Below, in pieces: positions 1 through 18,200 of a stretch of 64,000 nt of DNA. The first letter of the stretch is position 1; the number at the start of each line of letters is the position of its first letter. The translations under genes and the position numbers were made by a program. Location: positions 4,526,001 to 4,590,000 of the forward strand of contig OZ024742.1 in the NCBI GenBank assembly GCA_964016885.1, written 5' to 3'. The stretch is from Eledone cirrhosa. Taxonomy: Eukaryota. Below the pieces are notes generated by a model, which was not told the DNA's origin, did not search any database, and saw only the letters and a program-made list of their open reading frames with translations.

Positions 1-428
1 ATATATATGACAATCTCCAACGTGTACGAGAGAAAGGAATGTAAATAATCTCTCAGTCGTCTTGTTCTATCTAAGAATATTTCAAACGATTACTTATATT
101 TTCTAATTAGTCACTTTCTCAAACCAGTTCTATGTTTTCCTCGTAAAAATGGCTGATTAACTTACAAGGACTTTCATCTGTAAAACTAAAACCATCTTAT
201 ATTCATAATCTAACATAATCTAATGATATAACTCCTAAACCATTTAAGATTTACTTTATGCTGCTGTTGTTGTTACTATTGCTTTTTATTTTATTTTTTC
301 CAGTCTCCTTTCGTTTTTTGTTTGTTTGTTGTTGTTTTTTTTTTTATTTGCTTGTGTTTAGCTTTTTAGTCTTAAATCTGAAGAAACATCTGTTATCAGA
401 TTTGTGGTTATATTAACACTAGATACAG

Positions 429-1235
429 CTATATATATAAAACTGAGGTTGTCTGTCTGTCTAATAAAAAGGTCGGCACCCATCTCCTCCTAAACCGTAC
501 GTTCAAATTTCGGTGAAATTGCTACACTTATAGATGAAGGTCTGGCGGAGACATCGGTCCAAGAAAATTTCAAATCGACCCCCACCAAGTGCAAAAATCG
601 AATTTGTAATGTATTGATTTTTCAGTTCAAATGTATAAAACATTTTTGACCGATAATCTCCGCCGGACCTTCATCTATAAGTGTAGCAACTTCACCGAAA
701 TTTGAACGTACGGTTTAAGAGGGGATGTGTGCCGACCGTTTTTGTAGACAGACAGACAGACAACCTCAGTTTTATATATATAGATGTTACGAATATACGA
801 CGCGTGCAAAAGTATAAAAATACATACATGAGATTTTCATTTAGAAGCAACGATTTTAAACGACAGACAGATAACGCATTTATTTTTTTTTTTCATGTCC
901 ATCCAATTTCTTTCTTTCAAAATAACTGATAGTTTGGTTACGCTGATGTTTTTCTCGGAGGCAAGTGTTGCAATGTTTAAATTTTCGATTTTTGTTAATA
1001 GATTACCAGAGCAGTTTTTATCCCCAGCATCCTCTTTTGTTTTAACATTCGGGTTATGGTTATGTTTTCATAACTTAATAAGGCTTACTGTTGGTTGAGG
1101 GAATATTAATCAAAAGTACCACATTAAAGTCTACACTGTAGACTCTACAGTTTTTAAGCCAAGAAAGGAACTTTAGATTGTAACTTTAACACAGCTACTG
1201 AGCAGCCCCGAGCAACGCCGGGCTTTACTGTTAAT
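429..1235 (+). mobile_element. Non-autonomous Helitron-like element with an internal inverted copy of its 5' end
   Basis: Starts ctatatatataaaactgag followed by (gtct)n. Bases 429-~575 are inverted at ~640-785. 3' hairpin cccgagcaacgccggg (1207-1222) is followed by a degenerate end (ctgttaat); the same hairpin followed by CTAG occurs at 52771-52798. Confidence 0.6.
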
Positions 1236-1404
1236 ATATGATATATTTATTCCCATGAGCTCCGCATACTTTCGCTATCCTAATTGACACACATATGTAA
1301 TTGTGCAACGTTTCGATCAAACTTGAATCCTCGGAATTTCGATGTAACCTTCCTAGCTATTCGTCTTTGCTATCTACATCATAATACTGTTATGTTTCCC
1401 ATAA

Positions 1405-1581
1405 TAGTTTCTGACTTAGGGACAAGCCCAACAATTTACGGTAAAGGGAAAGTCGATTAAATCGACACCAGTGAGTTACTGGTACTATTTTATCGAAAGG
1501 CAAAGCTAAGCTCGGGGGGTTTTGAACTCAGAATGTCAAGGGCTGTAACTATATGCCGCGAAGCACGCTGTCCGGCGCTCT
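1405..1581 (-). mobile_element. tRNA-type SINE, family A (decayed)
   Basis: Reverse complement matches family A motifs (gagttcaaa B-box-like, tttgcctttc, gataaaatagtaccag). Confidence 0.75.
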
Positions 1582-2324
1582 CTGCAAGCTTTAGACTTGT
1601 CCACTATCAATTAGAATGTTAAATTATATCAGGGACTTTAGATAGGTAACTGCAGGATACTTTATAGTAAAATACATTGAGATTACATTTTAGTCATATT
1701 CCTACGAACAACACTTCCCCCAGAAAACATATTTCAACAAGATTTAACTATTTGTTCAATGCCCATTGTATCAAGTTACATTATATAAAATCATATATGT
1801 AAATATATTATTAATATCAACCTGTGTTTGCAGATGTTGTGCAATGAAAAGTATAATCTTCCTAAATAATTAATCTACTTTTTTATTCGTTCCTGTTAAA
1901 CAAAAATAAGAAAAATAACAATGTTGAAAATATATCGTGTCTCATGGACTTATCAAATTATCAATGAGGTAGTTCCGTTGTTTCTCGAGAAAAACTGCTA
2001 TAATTTGGTAATATTTTGGGTGGAAACGCAATTTGAGTCTAAAAGCTTTTATAATATAGAAATTTAAAATGTCATTTTTTTTATTGAAGAGAATAGTTAT
2101 TAGTGGGAAATAATAGAATGGATCTCTGTCGGTTTCGACGATGATTGCTCTCGTTGTACGTTTAACGGAGCAGCCTCTTCGTGAAATGAACATGCAAGCG
2201 ACAGAATATATTGCAACAAGTATTAAATCCTGGCAGCGGGGTTTCAACTCTGGATGTTCAGAGCCGGAGAAGATACCACAAAATATCCCTCTCATCTGTT
2301 TAACAAACCATCAAACTACTAACC

Positions 2325-2435
2325 ATGGACTGTTACTTTATTTACCAACACCGAAAGCATGAAAGGAAAGGTTGACCTCGGCAATATTTGAACTCAGAGC
2401 ACAGTGAATCAACTGCGACTGCCAATTCGCCACTT
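2325..2435 (-). mobile_element. SINE family A fragment
   Basis: atgaaaggaaaggttgacctcggcaatatttgaactcag resembles the other family A copies. Confidence 0.6.
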
Positions 2436-3231
2436 GTTACAGTGTCATTAATTTAGTTCTCCGATAATTTGTATTGTATTCCTGTCCTTCCACATTATTC
2501 CCAGCATTCATTGGTTTATAACTCCTGGTCATAAATAAATTATTTATCTTAAAGGAATATTTTATTAGTAGAAATGTCCTCTCATTCACACACATAATTC
2601 GTGAATGATAGAAGACCTCATTAATGTTATCCACCAGATTTCGCTGAACCATATTGTTAATTTACTCAACGAATTCAAATGCATACGTTGTCCTGTTTGT
2701 TGTGTCGGTTATTTAAATGTGTAATGCACTGTGGTCGTGGATATTTTATATTTTAAAAAATTGATGAATTTATGGAAACAGCAAACACAACGTGTTCAAC
2801 CAATATGTTTACTTGTTCGTTGCTGTTCGTTTAAACTTCGACCAAAACTTGCTAGTGATATTTTATTACATTAACTAAGAAATTTCATTTTAATTTATAT
2901 ATATGTTAAAACGAATGATTTAGTGGTTAGGACGTTGGACTCACTGCAAGATGGAGCAGTGTACCACCTCCCTCTATCTCTCTTTACTGGGAGCCAGGAA
3001 ATGGATTGTCGTGAAGATTGTAACGGTCGACACCGTGATGTTACCCACTCATTTCTTCTCAAGTCCTTGTCTTCTTTTTACCTGAACTATTCCTGGGATG
3101 ATGCTCACACCGTCAGATCTTGTCACGTGACCGTATCATCACATTTTAGTTTTCGTTACAGTGGTTAACAGATCGTCTTTATTGTTGCCCAGATATTGTC
3201 TGGTTGTTGTGTGAATATTTTCGTTGCTTAT

Positions 3232-3312
3232 GTATAGGAAGATGCCTATAATTTCTTCTATAGGAAGATGCGTATAATTTCTTCTATAGGAAGATGCCTA
3301 TAATTTCTTCTG
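3232..3312. repeat. 26-bp tandem repeat, 3 copies
   Basis: tataggaagatgcctataatttcttc repeated. Confidence 0.85.
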
Positions 3313-3511
3313 TAGTGTTTCATATTTCAAAACTGAATACATTTTATCAATGTATGCATAATAAGTGGGTGTTCTCCTGGGGAAGAATCCATTCGTTATT
3401 TTTACATAAGATTCTTTACTGATTAAGAAACCATTTTGGTATTTCAAGATAAAGTAGTTTGAAAAATGAAGTTTAACATCCAGAAAAAAACATTAATGCA
3501 ATGTCCTTGAA

Positions 3512-3675
3512 GGCGAGGTTTGGTAGTTAGGATGTTCAGCTCACGACAGGAAGATCATGTGTTCGAATCCAGGTGGCAGAAAAATAAACTCTATCTGCAA
3601 TTCTAAGGACCAGCCTTGTCACGCCCTGTAGCAGACTGAATGTCCTTCAGAAATACGTTAATGATATAGGTGTAT
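3512..3675 (+). mobile_element. tRNA-type SINE, family B (decayed)
   Basis: A/B-box-like tggtagttagg...gttcgaatcc; body ccagccttgtcac resembles the copy at ~52050-52280 (minus). Confidence 0.55.
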
Positions 3676-3676
3676 G

Positions 3677-3775
3677 GCACCGACGGAGATCCCCTCTCTC
3701 ACACACACGACACCGACGGAGATCCCCCCCCCACACACACACATGGCACCGACGGAGATCCCCCTTCACACACAA
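3677..3775. repeat. ~33-36 bp tandem repeat, 3 copies
   Basis: caccgacggagatcccc...(ca)n repeated. Confidence 0.8.
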
Positions 3776-4277
3776 TACCTTATCCAGATCATTCCCACAT
3801 TTTCAATATCTCTCAGCTAAAGTATTTCATATTTTCTTATTGCTTTTTGTTTTCGGTTTCCTTAATCCCCCCCACCCATCTTCTCAGCTATTATTTTATT
3901 CATAAATCGAAAACCTGAAATCAACCCCAAAAGTATACCAACATCATAATTATCTGAACTGTTTTGTAGTATTCATTTATTTAGTACTTGAATAAAGTTT
4001 ACTAATGTGACTATTTAGAATACATTTTTTTTAATTCACAGTTTTGTATAAACAAGTTTTCTAACACTCTCTAGGGACTTGTCGTTAATTTTCAAGTCAT
4101 TTTCTTCTGTTAATCATTTGAGAGGATATGTAATCATGTCATCCATAATTCACAATTTCAATTCCTTTCTGCTTTGTTCTATACTTACGGCTATATATTT
4201 CATTAACACTGCTAACAATCAGTAGCCAACATTCTCTATTAATTTACCTGACAATCTATTCCAATCCTTCATGCTGA

Positions 4278-8775
<4,498 letters not shown>

Positions 8776-8835
8776 GACATGTTTATACTACTTCGCCTCT
8801 TCTGGTGTTCATTTTCTCTTTTCCTTAGCTGAATC

Positions 8836-9170
8836 TATTATATATACATCTTATGTTATACATAACTATCATATTATACATACATCTCATATTATACATA
8901 CATCTTATATTATATATACATCTTATATTATACATACATCTCATCTTATATATACATCTTATATTATCTATACATCTCATATTATATATACATCTCATAT
9001 TATGTATACATCTCATATTATACACAGATCTCATATTATATATACATCTTATATTATACACACATCTCATATTATACACACATACATACATCTTATATTA
9101 TACATACATCTTATGTTATACATACATCTCATATTATACATACATCTTATATTATACATACATCTTATAT
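8836..9170. repeat. 18-bp minisatellite, about 18 copies
   Basis: catctcatattatacata unit; gives HLILYI-type repeats in the ORF track. Confidence 0.9.
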
Positions 9171-9236
9171 TGTGTAATTTTGACTAATGAACCAAAAGAC
9201 AACAATTATTATAACAATCTTGATACATTTTAAGAC

Positions 9237-12200
9237 AAATATCTCCTTTCTCTGGATTACTTGGTCTAACGATATTACCAGATATATCTCCTTTCTCTGG
9301 GTTACTTGGTCTAACGATATTACCAGATATATCTCCTTTCTCTTGGTTACTTGCTCTAACGATATTACCAGATATATCTCCTTTCTCTGGGTTACTTGCT
9401 CTAACTATATTACCAGATATATCTCCTTTCTCTGGGTTACTTGCTCTAACGATATCACCAGATATATCTCCTTTCTCTGGGTTACTTGCTCTAACGATAT
9501 TACCAGATATATCTCCTTTCTCTGGGTTACTTGGTCTAACGATATTACCAGATATATCTCCTTTCTCTGGGTTACTTGCTCTAACTATATTACCAGATAT
9601 ATCTCCTTTCTCTGGGTTACTTGGTCTAACTATATTACCAGATATATCTCCTTTCTCTGTGTGACTTGCTCTAACGATATTACCAGATATATCTCCTTTC
9701 TCTGGGTTACTTGGTCTAACTATATTACCAGATATATCTCCTTTCTCTGTGTTACTTGCTCTAACGATATTACCAGATATATCTCCTTTCTCTGGGTTAC
9801 TTGCTCTAACGATATCACCAGATATATCTCCTTTCTCTGGGTTACTTGCTCTAACGATAGTACCAGATATATCTCCTTTCTCTGGGTTACTTGGTCTAAC
9901 GATATTACCAGATATATCTCCTTTCTCTGGGTTACTTGCTCTAACTATATTACCAGATATATCTCCTTTCTCTGGGTTACTTGGTCTAACTATATTACCA
10001 GATATATCTCCTTTCTCTGTGTTACTTGCTCTAACGATATTACCAGATATATCTCCTTTCTCTGGGTTACTTGGTCTAACTATATTACCAGATATATCTC
10101 CTTTCTCTGTGTTACTTGCTCTAACGATATTACCAGATATATCTCCTTTTCTCTGGGTTACTTGGTCTAACTATATTACCAGATATATCTCTTTTCTCTG
10201 GATTACTTGGTCTAACTATATTACCAGATACATCTCCTTTCTCTGGGTTACTTGGTCTAACGATATTACCAGATATATCTCCTTTCTCTTGGTTACTTGG
10301 TCTAACGATATTACCAGATATATCTCCTTTCTCTGGGTTACTTGGTCTAACGATATTACCAGATATATCTCCTTTCTCTTGGTTACTTGGTCTAACGATA
10401 TTACCAGATATATCTCCTTTCTCTGGGTTACTTGGTCTAACTATATTACCAGATATATCTCCTTTCTCTGGGTTACTTGGTCTAACTATATTACCAGATA
10501 TATCTCTTTTCTCTGGGTTACTTGGTCTAACTATATTACCAGATATATCTCCTTTCTCTCGGTTACTTGGTCTAACTATATTACCAGATACATCTCCTTT
10601 CTCTCGGTTACTTGGTCTAACTATATTACCAGATACATCTCCTTTCTCTCGGTTACTTGGTCTAACTATATTACCAGATACATCTCCTTTCTCTGGGTTA
10701 CTTGGTCTAACTATATTACCAGATACATCTCCTTTCTCTCGGTTACTTGGTCTAACTATATTACCAGATACATCTCCTTTCTCTCGGTTACTTGGTCTAA
10801 CTATATTACCAGATACATCTCCTTTCTCTGGGTTACTTGGTCTAACGATATCACCAGATATATCTCCTTTCTCTGGATTACTTGATCTAACGATATTACC
10901 AGATATATCTCCTTTCTCTGGGTTACTTGGTCTAACTATATTACCAGATATATCTCCTTTCTCTGGGTTACTTGGTCTAACTATATTACCAGATATATCT
11001 CCTTTCTCTGGGTTACTTGGTCTAACTATATTACCAGATATATCTCCTTTCTCTGGGTTACTTGCTCTAACGATATTACCAGATATATCTCTTTCTCTGG
11101 GTTACTTGGTCTAACTATATTACCAGATATATCTCCTTTCTCTGGGTTACTTGGTCTAACTATATTACCAGATATATCTCCTTTCTCTCGGTTACTTGGT
11201 CTAACTATATTACCAGATATATCTCCTTTCTCTGGGTTACTTGGTCTAACGATATTACCAGATATATCTCCTTTCTCTGGGTTACTTGGTCTAACGATAT
11301 CACCAGATATATCTCCTTTCTCTGTGTTACTTGGTCTAACTATATTACCTGATACATCTCCTTTCTCTGGGTTACTTGCTCTAACGATATTACCAGATAT
11401 ATCTCCTTTCTCTGGGTTACTTGCTCTAACGATATTACCAGATATATCTCCTTTCTCTGTGTTACTTGGTCTAACGATATCACCAGATATATCTCCTTTC
11501 TCTGGGTTACTTGGTCTAACTATATTACCAGATATATCTCCTTTCTCTGGGTTACTTGGTCTAACTATATTACCAGATATATCTCCTTTCTCTGGGTTAC
11601 TTGGTCTAACGATATTACCAGATATATCTCCTTTCTCTGGGTTACTTGGTCTAACTATATTACCAGATATATCTCCTTTCTCTGGGTTACTTGCTCTAAC
11701 GATATTACCAGATATATCTCCTTTCTCTGGGTTACTTGGTCTAACTATATTACCAGATATATCTCCTTTCTCTGGGTTACTTGGTCTAACTATATTACCA
11801 GATATATCTCCTTTCTCTGGGTTACTTGGTCTAACGATATTACCAGATATATCTCCTTTCTCTGGGTTACTTTGTCTAACGATATTACCAGATACATCTC
11901 CTTTCTCTGGGTTACTTGGTCTAACTATATTACCAGATACATCTCCTTTCTCTGGGTTACTTGGTCTAACTATATTACCAGATACACCTCCTTTCTCTGG
12001 GTTACTTGGTCTAACTATATTACCAGATATATCTCCTTTCTCTGGGTTACTTGGTCTAACGATATTACCAGATATATCTCCTTTCTCTGGGTTACTTGGT
12101 CTAACTATATTACCAGATATATCTCCTTTCTCTGGGTTACTTGGTCTAACTATATTACCAGATATATCTCCTTTCTCTGGGTTACTTGGTCTAACTATAT

Positions 12201-15200
12201 TACCAGATATATCTCCTTTCTCTGGGTTACTTGGTCTAACTATATTACCAGATATATCTCCTTTCTCTGGGTTACTTGGTCTAACGATATTACCAGATAT
12301 ATCTCCTTTCTCTTGGTTACTTGCTCTAACGATATTACCAGATATATCTCCTTTCTCTGGGTTACTTGGTCTAACTATATTACCAGATATATCTCTTTTC
12401 TCTGGGTTACTTGGTCTAACTATATTACCAGATATATCTCCTTTCTCTCGGTTACTTGGTCTAACGATATTACCAGATATATCTCTTTTCTCTGGGTTAC
12501 TTTGTCTAACGATATTACCAAATATATCTCCTTTCTCTGGGTTACTTGGTCTAACTATATTACCAGATATATCTCCTTTCTCTCGGTTACTTGGTCTAAC
12601 GATATTACCAGATATATCTCTTTTCTCTGGGTTACTTTGTCTAACGATATTACCAGATATATCTCCTTTCTCTGTGTTACTTGGTCTAACGATATCACCA
12701 GATATATCTCCTTTCTCTGGGTTACTTGGTCTAACTATATCACTAGATATATCTCCTTTCTCTGGGTTACTTGGTCTAACGATATTACCAAATATATCTC
12801 CTTTCTCTGTGTTACTTGCTCTAACTATATTACCAAATATATCTCTTTTCTCTGGGTTACTTGCTCTAACTATATTACCAAATATATCTCCTTTCTCTGG
12901 GTTACTTGGTCTAACTATATTACCAGATATATCTCCTTTCTCTGGGTTACTTGGTCTAACTATATTACCAGATATATCTCCTTTCTCTGTGTTACTTGCT
13001 CTAACTATATTACCAGATATATCTCCTTTCTCTGGGTTACTTGATCTAAGTATATTACCAGATATATCTCCTTTCTCTGGGTTACTTGGTCTAACTATAT
13101 TACCAGATATATCTCCTTTCTCTGGGTTACTTGGTCTAACTATATTACCAGATATATCTCCTTTCTCTGGGTTACTTGGTCTAACGATATTACCAGATAT
13201 ATCTCCTTTCTCTGGGTTACTTGGTCTAACTATATTACCAGATATATCTCCTTTCTCTGGGTTACTTGCTCTAACGATATTACCAGATATATCTCCTTTC
13301 TCTGGGTTACTTGGTCTAACTATATTACCAGATATATCTCCTTTCTCTGGGTTAGTTGGTCTAACTATATTACCAGATATATCTCCTTTCTCTGGGTTAC
13401 TTGGTCTAACGATATTACCAGATATATCTCCTTTCTCTGGGTTACTTTGTCTAACGATATTACCAGATACATCTCCTTTCTCTGGGTTACTTGGTCTAAC
13501 TATATTACCAGATACATCTCCTTTCTCTGGGTTACTTGGTCTAACTATATTACCAGATACACCTCCTTTCTCTGGGTTACTTGGTCTAACTATATTACCA
13601 GATATATCTCCTTTCTCTCGGTTACTTGGTCTAACGATATTACCAGATATATCTCCTTTCTCTGGGTTACTTGGTCTAACTATATTACCAGATATATCTC
13701 TTTTCTCTGGATTACTTGGTCTAACTATATTACCAGATACATCTCCTTTCTCTGGGTTACTTGGTCTAACGATATTACCAGATATATCTCCTTTCTCTTG
13801 GTTACTTGGTCTAACGATATTACCAGATATATCTCCTTTCTCTGGGTTACTTGGTCTAACGATATTACCAGATATATCTCCTTTCTCTTGGTTACTTGGT
13901 CTAACGATATTACCAGATATATCTCCTTTCTCTGGGTTACTTGGTCTAACTATATTACCAGATATATCTCCTTTCTCTGGGTTACTTGGTCTAACTATAT
14001 TACCAGATATATCTCTTTTCTCTGGGTTACTTGGTCTAACTATATTACCAGATATATCTCCTTTCTCTGGGTTACTTGGTCTAACTATATTACCAGATAC
14101 ATCTCCTTTCTCTCGGTTACTTGGTCTAACTATATTACCAGATACATCTCCTTTCTCTCGGTTACTTGGTCTAACTATATTACCAGATACATCTCCTTTC
14201 TCTGGGTTACTTGGTCTAACTATATTACCAGATACATCTCCTTTCTCTCGGTTACTTGGTCTAACTATATTACCAGATACATCTCCTTTCTCTCGGTTAC
14301 TTGGTCTAACTATATTACCAGATACATCTCCTTTCTCTGGGTTACTTGGTCTAACGATATCACCAGATATATCTCCTTTCTCTGGATTACTTGATCTAAC
14401 GATATTACCAGATATATCTCCTTTCTCTGGGTTACTTGGTCTAACTATATTACCAGATATATCTACTTTCTCTGGGTTACTTGGTCTAACTATATTACCA
14501 GATATATCTCCTTTCTCTGGGTTACTTGGTCTAACTATATTACCAGATATATCTCCTTTCTCTGGGTTACTTGCTCTAACGATATTACCAGATATATCTC
14601 TTTCTCTGGGTTACTTGGTCTAACTATATTACCAGATATATCTCCTTTCTCTGGGTTACTTGGTCTAACTATATTACCAGATATATCTCCTTTCTCTGGG
14701 TTACTTGGTCTAACTATATTACCAGATATATCTCCTTTCTCTGGGTTACTTGGTCTAACGATATTACCAGATATATCTCCTTTCTCTGGGTTACTTGGTC
14801 TAACGATATCACCAGATATATCTCCTTTCTCTGTGTTACTTGGTCTAACTATATTACCTGATATATCTCCTTTCTCTGGGTTACTTGCTCTAACGATATT
14901 ACCACATATATCTCCTTTCTCTGGGTTACTTGCTCTAACGATATTACCAGATATATCTCCTTTCTCTGTGTTACTTGGTCTAACGATATCACCAGATATA
15001 TCTCCTTTCTCTGGGTTACTTGGTCTAACTATATTACCAGATATATCTCCTTTCTCTGGGTTACTTGGTCTAACTATATTACCAGATATATCTCCTTTCT
15101 CTGGGTTACTTGGTCTAACGATATTACCAGATATATCTCCTTTCTCTGGGTTACTTGGTCTAACTATATTACCAGATATATCTCCTTTCTCTGGGTTACT

Positions 15201-18200
15201 TGGTCTAACTATATTACCAGATATATCTCCTTTCTCTGGGTTACTTGGTCTAACGATATTACCAGATATATCTCCTTTCTCTGGGTTACTTTGTCTAACG
15301 ATATTACCAGATACATCTCCTTTCTCTGGGTTACTTGGTCTAACTATATTACCAGATACATCTCCTTTCTCTGGGTTACTTGGTCTAACTATATTACCAG
15401 ATACACCTCCTTTCTCTGGGTTACTTGGTCTAACTATATTACCAGATATATCTCCTTTCTCTGGGTTACTTGGTCTAACGATATTACCAGATATATCTCC
15501 TTTCTCTGGGTTACTTGGTCTAACTATATTACCAGATATATCTCCTTTCTCTGGGTTACTTGGTCTAACGATATTACCAGATATATCTCCTTTCTCTGGG
15601 TTACTTGGTCTAACTATATTACCAGATATATCTCCTTTCTCTGGGTTACTTGGTCTAACTATATTACCAGATATATCTCCTTTCTCTGGGTTACTTGGTC
15701 TGACGATATTACCAGATATATCTCCTTTCTCTTGGTTACTTGCTCTAACGATATTACCAGATATATCTCCTTTCTCTGGGTTACTTGGTCTAACTATATT
15801 ACCAGATATATCTCTTTTCTCTGGGTTACTTGGTCTAACTATATTACCAGATATATCTCCTTTCTCTCGGTTACTTGGTCTAACGATATTACCAGATATA
15901 TCTCTTTTCTCTGGGTTACTTTGTCTAACGATATTACCAAATATATCTCCTTTCTCTGGGTTACTTGGTCTAACTATATTACCAGATATATCTCCTTTCT
16001 CTCGGTTACTTGGTCTAACGATATTACCAGATATATCTCTTTTCTCTGGGTTACTTTGTCTAACGATATTACCAGATATATCTCCTTTCTCTGTGTTACT
16101 TGGTCTAACGATATCACCAGATATATCTCCTTTCTCTGGGTTACTTGGTCTAACTATATCACTAGATATATCTCCTTTCTCTGGGTTACTTGGTCTAACG
16201 ATATTACCAAATATATCTCCTTTCTCTGTGTTACTTGCTCTAACTATATTACCAAATATATCTCTTTTCTCTGGGTTACTTGCTCTAACTATATTACCAA
16301 ATATATCTCCTTTCTCTGGGTTACTTGGTCTAACTATATTACCAGATATATCTCCTTTCTCTGGGTTACTTGGTCTAACTATATTACCAGATATATCTCC
16401 TTTCTCTGTGTTACTTGCTCTAACTATATTACCAGATATATCTCCTTTCTCTGGGTTACTTGATCTAAGTATATTACCAGATATATCTCCTTTCTCTGGG
16501 TTACTTGGTCTAACTATATTACCAGATATATCTCCTTTCTCTGGGTTACTTGGTCTAACTATATTACCAGATATATCTCCTTTCTCTGGGTTACTTGGTC
16601 TAACGATATTACCAGATATATCTCCTTTCTCTGGGTTACTTGGTCTAACTATATTACCAGATATATCTCCTTTCTCTGGGTTACTTGCTCTAACGATATT
16701 ACCAGATATATCTCCTTTCTCTGGGTTACTTGGTCTAACTATATTACCAGATATATCTCCTTTCTCTGGGTTACTTGGTCTAACGATATTACCAGATATA
16801 TCTCCTTTCTCTGGGTTACTTTGTCTAACGATATTACCAGATACATCTCCTTTCTCTGGGTTACTTGGTCTAACTATGTTACCAGATACATCTCCTTTCT
16901 CTGGGTTACTTGGTCTAACTATATTACCAGATACACCTCCTTTCTCTGGGTTACTTGGTCTAACTATATTACCAGATATATCTCCTTTCTCTCGGTTACT
17001 TGGTCTAACGATATTACCAGATATATCTCCTTTCTCTGGGTTACTTGGTCTAACTATATTACCAGATATATCTCCTTTCTCTGGGTTACTTGGTCTAACG
17101 ATATTACCAGATATATCTCCTTTCTCTGGGTTACTTGGTCTAACTATATTACCAGATATATCTCCTTTCTCTGGGTTACTTGGTCTAACTATATTACCAG
17201 ATATATCTCCTTTCTCTGGGTTACTTGGTCTAACGATATTACCAGATATATCTCCTTTCTCTTGGTTACTTGCTCTAACGATATTACCAGATATATCTCC
17301 TTTCTCTGGGTTACTTGGTCTAACTATATTACCAGATATATCTCTTTTCTCTGGGTTACTTGGTCTAACTATATTACCAGATATATCTCCTTTCTCTCGG
17401 TTACTTGGTCTAACGATATTACCAGATATATCTCTTTTCTCTGGGTTACTTTGTCTAACGATATTACCAAATATATCTCCTTTCTCTGGGTTACTTGGTC
17501 TAACTATATTACCAGATATATCTCCTTTCTCTGGGTTACTTGGTCTAACGATATTACCAGATATATCTCCTTTCTCTGGGTTACTTGGTCTAACTATATT
17601 ACCAGATATATCTCCTTTCTCTGGGTTACTTGGTCTAACTATATTACCAGATATATCTCCTTTCTCTGGGTTACTTGGTCTAACGATATTACCAGATATA
17701 TCTCCTTTCTCTTGGTTACTTGCTCTAACGATATTACCAGATATATCTCCTTTCTCTGGGTTACTTGGTCTAACTATATTACCAGATATATCTCTTTTCT
17801 CTGGGTTACTTGGTCTAACTATATTACCAGATATATCTCCTTTCTCTCGGTTACTTGGTCTAACGATATTACCAGATATATCTCTTTTCTCTGGGTTACT
17901 TTGTCTAACGATATTACCAAATATATCTCCTTTCTCTGGGTTACTTGGTCTAACTATATTACCAGATATATCTCCTTTCTCTCGGTTACTTGGTCTAACG
18001 ATATTACCAGATATATCTCTTTTCTCTGGGTTACTTTGTCTAACGATATTACCAGATATATCTCCTTTCTCTGTGTTACTTGGTCTAACGATATCACCAG
18101 ATATATCTCCTTTCTCTGGGTTACTTGGTCTAACTATATCACTAGATATATCTCCTTTCTCTGGGTTACTTGGTCTAACGATATTACCAAATATATCTCC

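Noticed and set aside
375-403. ctgaagaaac hairpin as a hammerhead
   Set aside because: The two core segments overlap and there is no stem II.
1942-2652. Minus-strand ORFs as host exons
   Set aside because: No recognisable motif or convincing splice pattern; cannot be supported without transcript or homology data.
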